Shown here piece by piece: positions 32,881 through 43,486 of a stretch of DNA of 64,000 nt. Each line of letters begins with the position of its first letter. Within the stretch, counting starts at the first letter, position 1. The position numbers were made by a program, and so were the translations under genes. The DNA comes from a bacterium. GTDB taxonomy: Bacteria; Gemmatimonadota; Glassbacteria; GWA2-58-10. Under the pieces are notes generated by a model that saw only the letters and a program-made list of their open reading frames with translations, ran no database searches and was not told the DNA's origin. Where the stretch lies: NCBI GenBank assembly GCA_021372515.1, contig JAJFUG010000072.1, positions 379 through 64,378 on the forward strand, given 5' to 3'.

Positions 32881-34278
32881 ATGGGGCATCGTTCATCCGA
32901 TGGGACTGTTTTCAGCCGGGCGGCGCGCCGCTTTTCCAGGGCGGGGGCCGGGCTGCTTACACTGCTGGCTCTGATTCTCGGCGCGGCCGGATTGTCCGCG
33001 AAGGAGCCTTCCGGGACGCCGCGGGTGGATGTGGCCGTGATCAACGGCATGATCGGCCCGGTGAGCCAGGAGTTCATCCGGCGCAGCCTGGAGCGGGCCG
33101 AGGCCCGTGACGCCACGCTGCTGGTGATCCAGCTCGACACTCCCGGCGGCATGCTCAGCTCCACCCGCGAGATAGTCAAGATGCTGCTGGGCAGCCGTAT
33201 CCCGGTGGCGGTCTATGTGGCCCCCTCGGGCAGCCGGGCCGGTTCGGCCGGGGTGTTCATCACACTGGCGGCCCACGTGGCGGCCATGGCCCCGGGGACC
33301 AACATCGGGGCGGCGCACCCGGTCTCGATCGGTCTGACAGGCGCGGCCAAAGAAGACAGCACCTCGACCATGAGCCAGAAGATATTGAACGACACCGCGG
33401 CTTTCATCAAGACCATCGCCGAGCAGCGCGACCGCAACGTGGCCTGGGCCGACTCGGCGGTGCGCTACAGCGTGTCGATAACCGAGAAAGAGGCCTTGGA
33501 GCGCCGGGTGATCGACCTGGTCGCCCCCAGCGTCGAGGCCCTGGTGGACTCGCTGGATGGCCGGGCGGTGGCCCTGAGCCCGGGCGACACGGTGCGGCTG
33601 GCCCTGGCCGGGGCGCAGATCGAGACCTACGAGTACTCCTGGCGTTTCCGCCTGCTCGACATGCTCACCGACCCGAACGTGGCCTATATCCTGTTCCTGC
33701 TGGGCCTGGTGGGGCTGTATTTCGAGCTGTCCAACCCAGGGCTCATCCTGCCCGGGGTGGTGGGCGGCATCTGCATCATCCTGGCCTTTTACGCGTTCCA
33801 GACCCTGCCGATCAACTACGCCGGGGTGCTGCTGATCGTGTTCGCCACCATCTTGTTCATCGTGGAGATCAAGGTGCCCAGCTTCGGCCTTCTGACCCTG
33901 GGCGGCGTGTTGTCGCTGGTCCTGGGGTCGATCATGCTGTTCAAGGGAGGAGGTTCACCCACCATGCCGGAGGTCAGCGTGTCCTGGAGCGTGCTCATCC
34001 CCACGGTAACGGCCACGGTGGCTTTTTTCGTCTTCGTGGTCGGCAAGACCGTGCAGGCGCACCGACGGCGCGCCATGACAGGCCGCCAGGGGCTGATCGG
34101 CTCGACCGGCAAGGTGATCGGCGTGCTGGAGCCGGAGGGCAAGGTCTTCGTGCACGGAGAGATATGGCGCGCTGTCTGCCCTGGCCGCAGGGTGGAGGAC
34201 GGACAGAGCGTGCGCGTGATATCGGTCAGCGGCCTGCTGCTGACCGTGGAACCGCTGGAAAGCGCAAAGACTGACTGA
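32881..34278 (+). CDS. NfeD-family membrane-bound serine protease (ClpP-class protease, TM segments and a C-terminal OB-fold).
   Basis: Track ORF of 465 aa with signal/TM segments, a ClpP-like region (GMIGPV...[10 protein letters not shown]), a block of TM helices, and C-terminal OB-fold strands. Confidence 0.85.
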   Translation: MGHRSSDGTVFSRAARRFSRAGAGLLTLLALILGAAGLSAKEPSGTPRVDVAVINGMIGPVSQEFIRRSLERAEARDATLLVIQLDTPGGMLSSTREIVKMLLGSRIPVAVYVAPSGSRAGSAGVFITLAAHVAAMAPGTNIGAAHPVSIGLTGAAKEDSTSTMSQKILNDTAAFIKTIAEQRDRNVAWADSAVRYSVSITEKEALERRVIDLVAPSVEALVDSLDGRAVALSPGDTVRLALAGAQIETYEYSWRFRLLDMLTDPNVAYILFLLGLVGLYFELSNPGLILPGVVGGICIILAFYAFQTLPINYAGVLLIVFATILFIVEIKVPSFGLLTLGGVLSLVLGSIMLFKGGGSPTMPEVSVSWSVLIPTVTATVAFFVFVVGKTVQAHRRRAMTGRQGLIGSTGKVIGVLEPEGKVFVHGEIWRAVCPGRRVEDGQSVRVISVSGLLLTVEPLESAKTD

Positions 34279-34348
34279 TCCATTCGTGAACGGTCCGTGC
34301 GGGTGCGCGGGCCGGGGCTGTCCTCAACGGCAGTGCGAGGAGGATGCA

Positions 34349-35137
34349 ATGGAATATTTACCCGCATTTTTCATCCTGTTGGTTTTCTTCCTGATGCTCC
34401 TGACCAGCATGGTGAAGATCGTCAAGGAATATGAGCGCGGCGTGGTGTTCCGCCTGGGTCGCGTGCTGCCGGAGCCCAAGGGTCCGGGGCTGATCCTGCT
34501 GATCCCGCTGGTGGACCGCATGGTGAAAATAAGCCTGCGCACGATCACGATGGACGTGCCGCCGCAGGATGTGATCACCCGCGACAACGTGTCGGTCAAG
34601 GTCAACGCGGTGATCTATTTCCGGGTGATGGACCCGGCCCGCGCGGTGATCGACGTGGAAGACTACATGTACGCCACCAGCCAGTTAGCTCAGACCACGC
34701 TGCGCAGCGTGCTCGGCCAGGCCGAGCTGGACAAGCTGCTGGCCCAGCGGGATAAAATCAACGAGGAGCTGCAGGACATCCTGGACCGTCACACCGACCC
34801 CTGGGGGATCAAGGTTTCCACGGTGGAGATCAAGCACGTGGACCTGCCGCAGGAGATGCAGCGGGTCATGGCGCGCCAGGCCGAGGCCGAGCGGGACCGC
34901 CGCGCCAAGGTGATCAACGCCGAGGGCGAGTTCCAGGCCTCCCACCGTCTGGCCGAGGCGTCGGAAGTCATGAGTAAGCATCCGATGGCCCTGCAGCTCA
35001 GGTTCCTTCAGACCCTGACCGAGGTGGCCTCGGAAAACAACAGCACTCTCGTTTTCCCGGTGCCCATCGACCTGTTCAAGCCGTTCATCGAGCTGATGGA
35101 AAGAAGCAAGCGCCCGGACGAGCCGGAACAGAAATGA
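34349..35137 (+). CDS. SPFH/band-7 (stomatin-like) protein.
   Basis: [15 protein letters not shown]...[15 protein letters not shown]...[23 protein letters not shown] is the classic stomatin core. Track ORF 34286..35137. Confidence 0.9.
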   Translation: MEYLPAFFILLVFFLMLLTSMVKIVKEYERGVVFRLGRVLPEPKGPGLILLIPLVDRMVKISLRTITMDVPPQDVITRDNVSVKVNAVIYFRVMDPARAVIDVEDYMYATSQLAQTTLRSVLGQAELDKLLAQRDKINEELQDILDRHTDPWGIKVSTVEIKHVDLPQEMQRVMARQAEAERDRRAKVINAEGEFQASHRLAEASEVMSKHPMALQLRFLQTLTEVASENNSTLVFPVPIDLFKPFIELMERSKRPDEPEQK

Positions 35138-36594
35138 AATCCGGGTCCGGCCCTCTGGCGGCCGGACCGGTGGATACGCGGTCCAGTCTCCCGGCCAGAG
35201 GGCCGGTGGCGGCTGGGCCGCGGTTTTCTATGGACATAAGTGCTCTCTCTGTCGAAAGGACAATGACCTCGATGCCGGATGAACGCCGTCCGCTGAACTC
35301 GCCTGCCGCGGATGCCAAGGGTTACGACCTGGTGATCGATTTTTTCTCGAACATCGGGCTCAGCCGTGAAGCCTCGATGTACCTGAAGATGTTCCGGGAG
35401 AACGTGCCCTGGCGTTTCGCCGTGGTGCTGATCAGCGCCGAGAGCCTCAAGATTTCCTGGCGCACGGTGGCCCTCGACCTGGCCTACCTGAGCAACCTGA
35501 ACCTCTATCCGGTGATCGTGCTGGACAACCCGCAGGGGGCCGGGGGCAACCTGGTCCCGGCCCTGGAGCGCCGGGAGGGCGACGCGCCGCGGGACGGGGT
35601 GCAGGTCAAGCGGCTGATCCGGCTGAACGACCGGCTCGTCTCGGCGGTCTATGCGGCCAAGGGCCGCGCCGTGAGCGTGCTGACCCAACTGTTTGACCTG
35701 GGCGCGCCGATCAGCGATGACGCCTCTTTCGATTTCCGCCGCCTGGTGGACCATGTCAACCTGGTGCCGATCAAGACCGCCGTGCGCAACCGTCAGATCC
35801 CGGTGGTCTCGCCCCTGGCCCTGGACAGCGACGGCCGCGTGCTCACCGCCTCGGCCGAGAAAGTGGCCAAGGCCATCTGCGCGCGCATCCAGCCCCAGAA
35901 ATTCATCGTCATCAGCGAGCACGAGGGCATTTTCGACATCCAGGGCAACCTGGTGCGCAACATCATCCTGAGCAGCGACTACAGCCAACTCCTGGCCGAT
36001 GGTGGGCTGGACGAGCGCGGACAGCGCCAGCTCCACGCCGCCATGCGCCTTCTGGTCGCCGTGCCCGACCTCACCTTGCAGTTCGCCTCGGCCCAGAACC
36101 TGATCCACGAGCTGTTCACGGTCAAGGGGCGCGGCACCTACATCCGGGCCGGGCACATGATCCGCATGGCCGATTCCTGGGAGAACCTGGACCGGGAGAA
36201 GCTGCGTGAGCTGATCGAGGACGGTTTCGGGCGCGAACTGGTGGAGACCTATTTCGAGGACAAGCCGGAACGGGTATTCTACGAGCAGGAATACCACGGG
36301 GTGATCGTGGTCAAGCCCCTGGAGGGTGACATTTTCTACCTGGACAAGTTCGTGGTGGGGCAGAAATGGCAGGGTGAGGGTGTGGGCGGCCCGCTCTGGC
36401 GCGAGCTGACCAAGTACTACCCCAAGCTGATCTGGCGCGCCCGGGCCACGAACCCGATCAACCGCTGGTACCTGGACCAGGCGGATGGCTTCCAGCGCAC
36501 CAGCCAGTGGAACATCTACTGGCTCGGACTCACCCCGGAGGAGGTCGGGCGGCTTATCCCACGGGTGAGCGCCATCCCGCGCACCATCCTCTGA
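35134..36594 (+). CDS. N-acetylglutamate synthase-like protein of the vertebrate/fungal-like type (degenerate amino-acid-kinase fold plus a C-terminal NAT/DUF619-like domain).
   Basis: Track ORF of 486 aa; the start overlaps the SPFH stop (ATGA). The C-terminal motif [21 protein letters not shown]...[32 protein letters not shown] matches the NAGS NAT domain as I recall it. Confidence 0.55.
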   Translation: MKSGSGPLAAGPVDTRSSLPARGPVAAGPRFSMDISALSVERTMTSMPDERRPLNSPAADAKGYDLVIDFFSNIGLSREASMYLKMFRENVPWRFAVVLISAESLKISWRTVALDLAYLSNLNLYPVIVLDNPQGAGGNLVPALERREGDAPRDGVQVKRLIRLNDRLVSAVYAAKGRAVSVLTQLFDLGAPISDDASFDFRRLVDHVNLVPIKTAVRNRQIPVVSPLALDSDGRVLTASAEKVAKAICARIQPQKFIVISEHEGIFDIQGNLVRNIILSSDYSQLLADGGLDERGQRQLHAAMRLLVAVPDLTLQFASAQNLIHELFTVKGRGTYIRAGHMIRMADSWENLDREKLRELIEDGFGRELVETYFEDKPERVFYEQEYHGVIVVKPLEGDIFYLDKFVVGQKWQGEGVGGPLWRELTKYYPKLIWRARATNPINRWYLDQADGFQRTSQWNIYWLGLTPEEVGRLIPRVSAIPRTIL

Positions 36595-36616
36595 GCCGGC
36601 CCGCCTGCGCTCAGAG
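36589..36616. terminator. 8-bp inverted repeat CTCTGAGC...GCTCAGAG that includes the stop codons of both convergent genes.
   Basis: cctCTGAGCcggcccgcctgcGCTCAGAGcgg; the two convergent ORFs are only 17 bp apart. Confidence 0.4.
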
Positions 36617-38533
36617 CGGCAGCTTGACCGTGAAACTGGTCCCCAGGCCGGGCCTGCTCTTGACATACACCTCGCCGTCATGCTGGCGCAGAAGGTTGAG
36701 CGCCACGGAGAGGCCCAGTCCGGAGCCCCGACTTTTACTCTTGGTGGTGTAGTAAGCGTCGAAAATGCGGTTCAGGTGCTCGGAGGCGATGCCCACCCCG
36801 GTGTCGGTGAAACGCACGTAGATCGCACTGCGGTGCAGGTAGGTGTGCACGTGGAGCGTGCCACCCTCGGGCATGGCCTCGCAGGCGTTGAGCACGAAAT
36901 TGAGGAACACCCGCTGCAGCGCAGCCGAACTGCCGCGGATAGTGGGCAGTCGGGTGGACAGGCTGGCCTGGACTATAACACTGTATTTTTCGAGCTGGCC
37001 GGCGGCCAGCCCCAGGGTGCGGCGCAGCACGTGGTTCACTTGCAGTCTGCGCTTCGGGGCCCGGCCGGGGGTGTGGATTTCCTGGAGCTGGCGCACGGTC
37101 TCGCCGATAGTGTTCAACCCGGTGTGGATGCCGTCCAGCAGTTCCTGCTCGCGCCGTCCGGGCTTCAAGCTGCGGGCCAGCAGCCCCAGGTTGATCGTCA
37201 CCGCCTGCAGCGGGTTGTTGATCTCGTGGGCCAACCCGGCGGCAAGGCTGCCCGAGGCCGAAAGGCGCTCGCTCAGGATACGGAACGATTCGAGCAGCTT
37301 GCGCTCGGTGTTGTCGCGCACGAACAGGGCGAAAAGACGGCCGGTGAGGTCGATCTGGCTGCGTGAGACGCTAAGCCAGCGGCTCTGGCCGTCCGGGGCG
37401 ATCAGCTCTTTCTCCCAGCTCTCGCTTTCGAGGATTTCGCCGGGCGCGGTGTTCTCAGGGAACAGAAGGCCGGCCTCCACCTCGGCGGGCTGGAGCGTGA
37501 ACTGGCGCATTATCCGCTCGAACGAGGGGTTCATCTCGAGCAGGTGGCTGCCGCGGAACAGGGCAAACCCGGCCGCGGTGTTGTTCAGCACGGCGCGGTA
37601 CTTGGCCTCGGACTCGGCCAGGCGCTCGATCAACAGGGCGCTGTTCAGGGCGCGGGCGATCCGCAGTTCCAGGTGATCGAGCTGCTCCATGAGCTCACCG
37701 TTCAACTGGCGGTTCTTGCGGCAGGCCACGGCCAGGAGGCCCAGCAGGCCGCCCTTTTCCACACGGAACGGCTGGAGCAGTAGGCAGCGCACACCGGAGT
37801 TTTCGCGCAGCGCAAGTCCCAGCCGGACTTGCTCGTCGCCGGCCGGGTTGTGCAGGATGCAGCGCCCGTCCTGCTGCTGTTCCATGAACTGCCGCGGGAT
37901 GGACTTGGGCAGTATCTCGTCCGGGTCGCGGGAACAGGCCTGGCGCAAGCCTCCGGCACGGTTGAGGTAGATCGCCCCGGTCTCCATGGCCAGCAGCTCC
38001 ATGGCCAGGTCGAGCGAGACAAGCACGGTCTGGCGCAGGTCGCCGCTGTGGTCGATCAGGCGGTCGAGGTTGAACAGCATGGCGCTCAGGCGCTCCTGGC
38101 GGCGCAGGCTCGATTCAAGGCGGCGCTGGCCGCTCAGGTCGCGCAGGATCAGGATGAACGAGACCGGGGATTCGGCCGAGCGCAGGCGCGACACGCGCGC
38201 CTCCACCGGCAGCGCCGAGCCGTCCGGACGCAGAAGGCTCACCTGCATCGGGGGGGCGTTCTGCTCGTTCTGCGGGATGGCGAGGTAGGAGGACAGGAGG
38301 CGCATCAGGTCGCCGGGGGCCAGGAAATCGGCCAACGGGATGGAGTACAGGTCGGCGCTGGAACGCCCGGCCAGCTCCTCCAGGCTGCGGTTGCTTCCGT
38401 TGATGCGGCAGTCGGTCAGCCCGGCGCCCTCGATCAGGGCCGCCCCCTGGCCGGATTCTGAGAAAAGGCGGAACAGAAAGTTGAAATCCCGTCTGTCGAG
38501 CCGCTCGGAACCGGGTTTCCGTCGGTTAGTCAT
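36611..38533 (-). CDS. Orphan sensor histidine kinase with PAS/GAF-type sensor domains, HisKA and HATPase_c.
   Basis: Track ORF 36611..38584, with an alternative start MTNRRKPG at 38533. H-box AAGLAHEINNPLQAV and G-boxes GSGLGLSV and GLGTSFT. Confidence 0.85.
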   Translation of the reverse strand: MTNRRKPGSERLDRRDFNFLFRLFSESGQGAALIEGAGLTDCRINGSNRSLEELAGRSSADLYSIPLADFLAPGDLMRLLSSYLAIPQNEQNAPPMQVSLLRPDGSALPVEARVSRLRSAESPVSFILILRDLSGQRRLESSLRRQERLSAMLFNLDRLIDHSGDLRQTVLVSLDLAMELLAMETGAIYLNRAGGLRQACSRDPDEILPKSIPRQFMEQQQDGRCILHNPAGDEQVRLGLALRENSGVRCLLLQPFRVEKGGLLGLLAVACRKNRQLNGELMEQLDHLELRIARALNSALLIERLAESEAKYRAVLNNTAAGFALFRGSHLLEMNPSFERIMRQFTLQPAEVEAGLLFPENTAPGEILESESWEKELIAPDGQSRWLSVSRSQIDLTGRLFALFVRDNTERKLLESFRILSERLSASGSLAAGLAHEINNPLQAVTINLGLLARSLKPGRREQELLDGIHTGLNTIGETVRQLQEIHTPGRAPKRRLQVNHVLRRTLGLAAGQLEKYSVIVQASLSTRLPTIRGSSAALQRVFLNFVLNACEAMPEGGTLHVHTYLHRSAIYVRFTDTGVGIASEHLNRIFDAYYTTKSKSRGSGLGLSVALNLLRQHDGEVYVKSRPGLGTSFTVKLPL

Positions 38534-38602
38534 TCTGCCGCCCCGTTGTTGTAAGGGATGAAAGTTTAACTTATTAAAGAACATACGCGACTGTCAAGAT
38601 GA

Positions 38603-39634
38603 ATGGATCGGATTCGGCAAGTGAACGATGACAACGGTCAGTCCGGGATGCGGGCCGCGGTCGGGGTGATCTGCCGCGATTGCATGGGCTTGCGGCCCGG
38701 CGAAACCCTTCTGCTTGTGGCCGACCCGTTCGGCCTGGAAACAGCCGAGGTTATTCTGCGTCATGCGCAGGCGGGCGGGTACGGTTGCCGCCTGGCCCCG
38801 ATCCCGCTGGTGGAGCGCGCAGGCCAGGCGCCGGAGGGGTTCGGCCGCGAGCTGCTGGCCTCGGCCGAGGCGGCGCTCCTTCTCACCTGGCGCTCGCTGT
38901 CGCACACCGAGGCGCGCCGTCAGGCCTGCCGCGAGGACGGCGTCCGGATTGCCTCGCTGCCGGGGTTCCGGCTGGAGATGCTGGCGCGCCTGTTCCCACC
39001 CGGATCGGCGGAGACGGTGGCAGCGGCCACGCGTCAGGCCGCTGCGCTGCTTGACGGGGCTGACCGGGTGCGGGTGCAGGCCGAGGCGGGCACGGATATC
39101 ACGTTCTCGCTGGCCGGACGGCATATCTACCTGGATACGGGCCTCTACCGCGAGCCGGGACGGTTCGGCAACCTGCCGGCTGGTGAGGTCGCCGCAGCGC
39201 CGGTGGACCGCAGCGCCGGTGGCGTGCTCGTGGTGGACGTGGCTTTCGCCGGGCTGGGCGAGGTGGACCGGCTGCGGCTGTACCTGGAGGGCGGCTGTCT
39301 CCGCGCGGCCGAGGGGCCCGGGGCGGATGAAGTCATGAAGTTGCTGCACGGCCCGGCCGAGCGCGTCTCGGCCGAGTTCGGGATCGGCGTCAACCGCCTG
39401 GCGCGCACCGGGGCGCTCACCCTGGAGGCCGAGAAAGCCTGCGGCACGGTGCATTTCGCGTTCGGTGACAGCCACTCGTTCGGCGGGGCCAACGCCGCGG
39501 CGGGCCACTGGGACGCCGTGCTGCGCTGTGCGTCGATCGAGGTGGACGGCCGACGGGTGGAGCTGCCCCGGCCGGTTACATGGCAGCCGGGGGAGATAGC
39601 TTTGAACTCAGACAGTCAGGGAACGCAGCCATGA
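38603..39634 (+). CDS. M29-family (AmpS/PepS-like) aminopeptidase.
   Basis: Track ORF of 343 aa. The C-terminal GTVHFAFGDSHSFGGANAAAGHWD region resembles M29 thermophilic metalloprotease signatures. Confidence 0.65.
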   Translation: MDRIRQVNDDNGQSGMRAAVGVICRDCMGLRPGETLLLVADPFGLETAEVILRHAQAGGYGCRLAPIPLVERAGQAPEGFGRELLASAEAALLLTWRSLSHTEARRQACREDGVRIASLPGFRLEMLARLFPPGSAETVAAATRQAAALLDGADRVRVQAEAGTDITFSLAGRHIYLDTGLYREPGRFGNLPAGEVAAAPVDRSAGGVLVVDVAFAGLGEVDRLRLYLEGGCLRAAEGPGADEVMKLLHGPAERVSAEFGIGVNRLARTGALTLEAEKACGTVHFAFGDSHSFGGANAAAGHWDAVLRCASIEVDGRRVELPRPVTWQPGEIALNSDSQGTQP

Positions 39635-40899
39635 AAAACCTTCTGCTCGTCTCCTACTTTTTCCCACCACACGGCGGCGCGGGAGTGCTGCGCCCGTTGG
39701 AGACAGTGCGCCTGCTGGAGGGTCTGGGCTGGCGCTGTTCGGTGGTGGCGGGGCCGGCCGAGGGCTACTGGTTCAGCGACCCGGAGCTTCTGGAGCGCGT
39801 GCCCGCCTCGGCCGAGGTGCGCCGCACCCGCGCCTGGAGTGGCCCGCGCCTGCTTCGTCGCGGCAGTGCGGGACCGCGGCGGAACGAGGCCCTGATCGGA
39901 CGCCTGCGCCGGGTCGCCGACTGGCTGCCCCTGCCGGATGTCTACTGCGGCTGGGTGCCGTTCGCCGTGCACGCGGCCATGGAGCTGGCCCGCAAAGCCG
40001 ACTGTATCCTCTCCACCAGCCCGCCCGAGTCGGCCCACTGCGTGGCCGGCTACGTGGCCCGCCGCACCGGGCTGCCCTGGGTCGCCGATTTCCGCGACCC
40101 CTGGCTGCATGGCCTCTACCGCTGCTATCCCAGCCGCTGGCAGAGGGCCTGGCAGGCGGGTTACGAGGCCCGCGCCGTGCGCCACGCCTCCCTGGTGATC
40201 GCCAACACGCCCGAGGCGGAGGAGGATTTCCGCGTGCGCTATCCCGGGCTGCCCAAGGCCAAGTTCCAGACTGTGCCCAACGGTTTCGACCCGGAGGAGT
40301 TCAGCCGACTCACCCGCCCGCAGCCGCAGCCCGGCGTGTTCCGCCTGGTCCATGCCGGCGGCCTGACCCTGGAGCGCGACCCGCTGCCGTTTGTCCGCGC
40401 TTTCGCCCGGGTGCGGGAGACATTGTCCGGACGGCTGCGCCTGGTGCTGGAACTGATCGGGCCGCTGGCCCCGCGTTTCCTGGAACAGGCCCGCGGCCTG
40501 GGACTGGGCCCCGACCTGGAGCTGCCGGGCTGGGTCGGCCGCCGCACGGCCTTGGAGCGCCTGGCCGCCGCCGACTGCGGCGTGCTGATAGAGGCGTTCC
40601 GCGCGGGCGCCGAACTGGTCACGCCGCTAAAGCTGTACGACTACCTGGGCGCGGGCCTGCCCGTGCTGGCCGTGGCCCCCGCGGGCGCGGCCACTCGCAC
40701 CGTGGAGAGTCTGGACGCCGGGCTGGCGGTCACCTCACCGGATGAGGACGCCATCGCCGCTGCGCTGGAGGCGCTGATCGAGCGGGTGCGGAGCGGGGGC
40801 GAGACCCTGCGCGGCCGTATCCGCGCCGCCGCGTCCGGGTTCGAGCGCGGCCGCCAGGTGGAGCGCTTGGCCGGCCTGATCGAACACATGCTACCCTGA
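39631..40899 (+). CDS. Family 4 glycosyltransferase.
   Basis: MKNLLLVSYFFPPHGGAG at the N-terminus and a C-terminal GT1/GT4 fold. Track ORF 39580..40899. Confidence 0.8.
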   Translation: MKNLLLVSYFFPPHGGAGVLRPLETVRLLEGLGWRCSVVAGPAEGYWFSDPELLERVPASAEVRRTRAWSGPRLLRRGSAGPRRNEALIGRLRRVADWLPLPDVYCGWVPFAVHAAMELARKADCILSTSPPESAHCVAGYVARRTGLPWVADFRDPWLHGLYRCYPSRWQRAWQAGYEARAVRHASLVIANTPEAEEDFRVRYPGLPKAKFQTVPNGFDPEEFSRLTRPQPQPGVFRLVHAGGLTLERDPLPFVRAFARVRETLSGRLRLVLELIGPLAPRFLEQARGLGLGPDLELPGWVGRRTALERLAAADCGVLIEAFRAGAELVTPLKLYDYLGAGLPVLAVAPAGAATRTVESLDAGLAVTSPDEDAIAAALEALIERVRSGGETLRGRIRAAASGFERGRQVERLAGLIEHMLP

Positions 40900-41047
40900 A
40901 CGTGGAACTGCACCCAAGTCATCTGTGTGAGGGACATCTCAGGAAAAATCTCAGGGAATAAAAACTCTTCTGTTCAGACATGTTTTTGTTAAATTCGATA
41001 TGAAATAAAACTAACTAAGTGTTTTAACAATTTTCCGGAGGAGTTAA

Positions 41048-43108
41048 ATGAGACTGGACCGTTTTTGCGCCGTGCTCCTTACGATCGGGCTTCTTGCTGT
41101 CCTGCCGTTGCGAGCTGCAGTGGTGGATACGCTTTACTGCGACGCCGACGTGACGATTACCGGCGCGGCGCCCTATCTCATGTCACCCGGCGGAGGACAT
41201 CAAGGTTATCTCTCGGTGGGCCAGAGCGATCTGCGGGAAGGGGAGGGCGAGAACCGCGCTTTCCTGCGTTTCGACCTCAACGGAATCGACCCGGCCTCGA
41301 TTCAGTCCGCCGAGCTGCACTTGTGGAAGACCCGCTCGCGCAGTGATTCGCTACGGGTGTACGCGGTGGAGTCCGACATCTGGGACGAGTACGAGACAGC
41401 CTGGCTGAACGCCCCGCCCATGGGCCAGGTGCTGGCGACCGGCCTTTGCGGCCAGGGGTGGAGTGTCTACGACCTCACCGGCTGGGCCAGGAGCCAGAAC
41501 AATGACCATCTTTCGCTGGGCCTGCGCACGGTCAACCCTTACACTCAGTTCCTGGGGATCAACAGCCGCGAGGGCGGGGCCCCGCCGCGGCTGATCGTCC
41601 GTCATGAAGGTCCCGCGCGCGGTGACCCGGCCCCCACGCCGGGTTTTCCCTCGTCGAGCGCCCTGGAGCACGGGGTGTATGTCCACGGCGCGGGTGGCTA
41701 CCGCAAGGTGGCCAGTATCAGCGATGCAGTGGCGGAGGTCCGTCCGGGCGAGGAGGTCGTGCTCGGTCCGGGCGTTTACTATGAATCTTTTACCCTGAGC
41801 GGTGAGGGCACCCCGGAGCAGCCGCTCAAGATCAGAGGCGACGGCAATCCGCGGCCCGCGGTGGACGGTTCGCTCAGCACCGCCTGGAAAAACACGGACC
41901 GCGGCCTGATCATGGTCACGGGCAAGAACTGGATCATCCAGCACCTGGATATCCGCAACGCCCATCCTTGGGGCGAGGCCGAGAGCAACTCCGGCTGCTT
42001 CTACATCCACCAGGCCGAGAACACGGTCATTCGCGACTGCGGGATATATTTCGGCGGCGACGGCATTTTTTCCACCGACGCATCGAAAGAGCTGACAGTC
42101 GAGAACTGCGAAGTGGCCTACAACAGTTTCCCCCACGCCGGTTACGAGCACGGTTTCTATGTCTGCAACGCCGGCACCGTGACCGTGCGTTACAGCTACA
42201 TCCACCACAACGGCGGCCAGAATTTCAAGACCCGCGCCGAGGACTGCGTTTTCGCCTACAACTACGTTGAGGCGCCCGGCAACTATCAGCTCGATTTCTC
42301 CGAGGGTGAGAAATTCGAGGACGAGGATGCGATGCTGATCGGCAACACGATTGTCACCAACAACCGTTACCGCTCCAACAATCAGTATATCGTATTCGGC
42401 GAGAACCGTCACGGCGGCTCGCTTTTTCTCTACAACAACACCTTTGTCAATCTCTATCCCGCCAATGGAGATGCCTGGATTCACATGTGGTTCCCGGATG
42501 CCACGCCGGTGGGCGAAACCACCCTTTCGGCCTGGAACAACGCTTTCTATTTCCAGGCCGGCAGCGCGAGCATGAAGTTCTACGATTCCGAGAAATCCAT
42601 TCCGGTCTCGGGCGGCAACAACTGGTTCGTGCAAGGCACGAGCGGGGTGCCCTCCACAGTGAGCGGCTCGCTCTACGGGGATGATCCGGGGTTCACCGAC
42701 CTGGCGGCCGGAGATTTCGTGCCGCGCCAGAACAGCCCGCTGGTGGATGCCGGCAGCGCGGCCGCCCCCGAGCTGCCCGGCCACCAGAACCTTCAGCGCC
42801 GCCTGGACCAGCCGCGCACCGTGATCGGCGCGGCCCCGGATATCGGAGCCTACGAGTACGACCAGGCCGCTCAGGGCGGATCGTCACTGGAGTGGGATTT
42901 CAACCCGGACGGACGGCTGGACCTGAAGGACGTGATCGTGTTCCTGCTGAAAATCGGCACCGGCGCGCAATCGCTCTCGATGGATGTGAACGGCGACGGG
43001 AATGTGTCGTTGAGCGATGCGGTGGCGCTGGTGCGTGAGCTGCGCCGCAGCCACGCCTCGGTCCTGGCCGGTGCCGGTGAGTTCGAGCCGCTGGGGGGGC
43101 TGGATTAG
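41048..43108 (+). CDS. Secreted multidomain protein with an N-terminal DNRLRE/CBM-like domain, right-handed parallel beta-helix repeats and a C-terminal dockerin-like domain.
   Basis: Track ORF of 686 aa with a signal peptide. ENRAFLRFDL is the DNRLRE-type motif. The beta-helix repeats read ...IRDCGIYFGGDGIF...VENCEVAYNSF.... The C-terminus has two calcium-binding-like repeats, DFNPDGRLDLKDV and DVNGDGNVSLSDAVALV. Confidence 0.8.
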   Translation: MRLDRFCAVLLTIGLLAVLPLRAAVVDTLYCDADVTITGAAPYLMSPGGGHQGYLSVGQSDLREGEGENRAFLRFDLNGIDPASIQSAELHLWKTRSRSDSLRVYAVESDIWDEYETAWLNAPPMGQVLATGLCGQGWSVYDLTGWARSQNNDHLSLGLRTVNPYTQFLGINSREGGAPPRLIVRHEGPARGDPAPTPGFPSSSALEHGVYVHGAGGYRKVASISDAVAEVRPGEEVVLGPGVYYESFTLSGEGTPEQPLKIRGDGNPRPAVDGSLSTAWKNTDRGLIMVTGKNWIIQHLDIRNAHPWGEAESNSGCFYIHQAENTVIRDCGIYFGGDGIFSTDASKELTVENCEVAYNSFPHAGYEHGFYVCNAGTVTVRYSYIHHNGGQNFKTRAEDCVFAYNYVEAPGNYQLDFSEGEKFEDEDAMLIGNTIVTNNRYRSNNQYIVFGENRHGGSLFLYNNTFVNLYPANGDAWIHMWFPDATPVGETTLSAWNNAFYFQAGSASMKFYDSEKSIPVSGGNNWFVQGTSGVPSTVSGSLYGDDPGFTDLAAGDFVPRQNSPLVDAGSAAAPELPGHQNLQRRLDQPRTVIGAAPDIGAYEYDQAAQGGSSLEWDFNPDGRLDLKDVIVFLLKIGTGAQSLSMDVNGDGNVSLSDAVALVRELRRSHASVLAGAGEFEPLGGLD

Positions 43109-43126
43109 GCGGAGCGCGAGGTGCGT

Positions 43127-43175
43127 CCGCCGGAATCGGGCCACAGCCCGATTCCGGCGGCCACCTCAGGTTTTT
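43127..43175 (+). terminator. Hairpin CCGCCGGAATCGGG...CCCGATTCCGGCGG followed by a T-rich run, 3' of the beta-helix gene.
   Basis: 14-bp perfect arms. Confidence 0.5.
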
Positions 43176-43333
43176 CACTGGAACTGAATTGCTCCACTCA
43201 CCATAGCCTTCCAGCTATGCGGCGTCGAGGTGGAACGCCCGGCCGCCCTTCCCGCACATCTCCTGCCCAACGGATAGAGAGTTCATATCTGTTCCGCGCG
43301 GTCATTTTTCCTGCCCCCTGTTTCCTATTCCCT

Positions 43334-43362
43334 TTGACAGGCGCGGGTGGAAGACTTAAATT
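43334..43362 (+). promoter_or_regulatory. Candidate sigma-70 promoter (TTGACA, 17 nt spacer, TAAATT) for the LOG operon.
   Basis: ccTTGACAggcgcgggtggaagactTAAATTac in an AT-rich spacer. Confidence 0.3.
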
Positions 43363-43486
43363 ACAATCGGAAAGTGTGGTGAGATCGGGTCAAATGTATT
43401 AATTCCAGAGAGTTAAGTTATGAAATGACAAAAATGGCCACCTGGCGCGCGGAGCTCGGCAGTCCGCAGCGCCGGAAAGAGAGACG

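Noticed and set aside
35008-36681. 557-aa - strand ORF
   Set aside because: Antisense to the NAGS-like gene and Arg/Gly/Pro-rich.
41351-42784. 477-aa - strand ORF
   Set aside because: Antisense to the beta-helix/dockerin gene.
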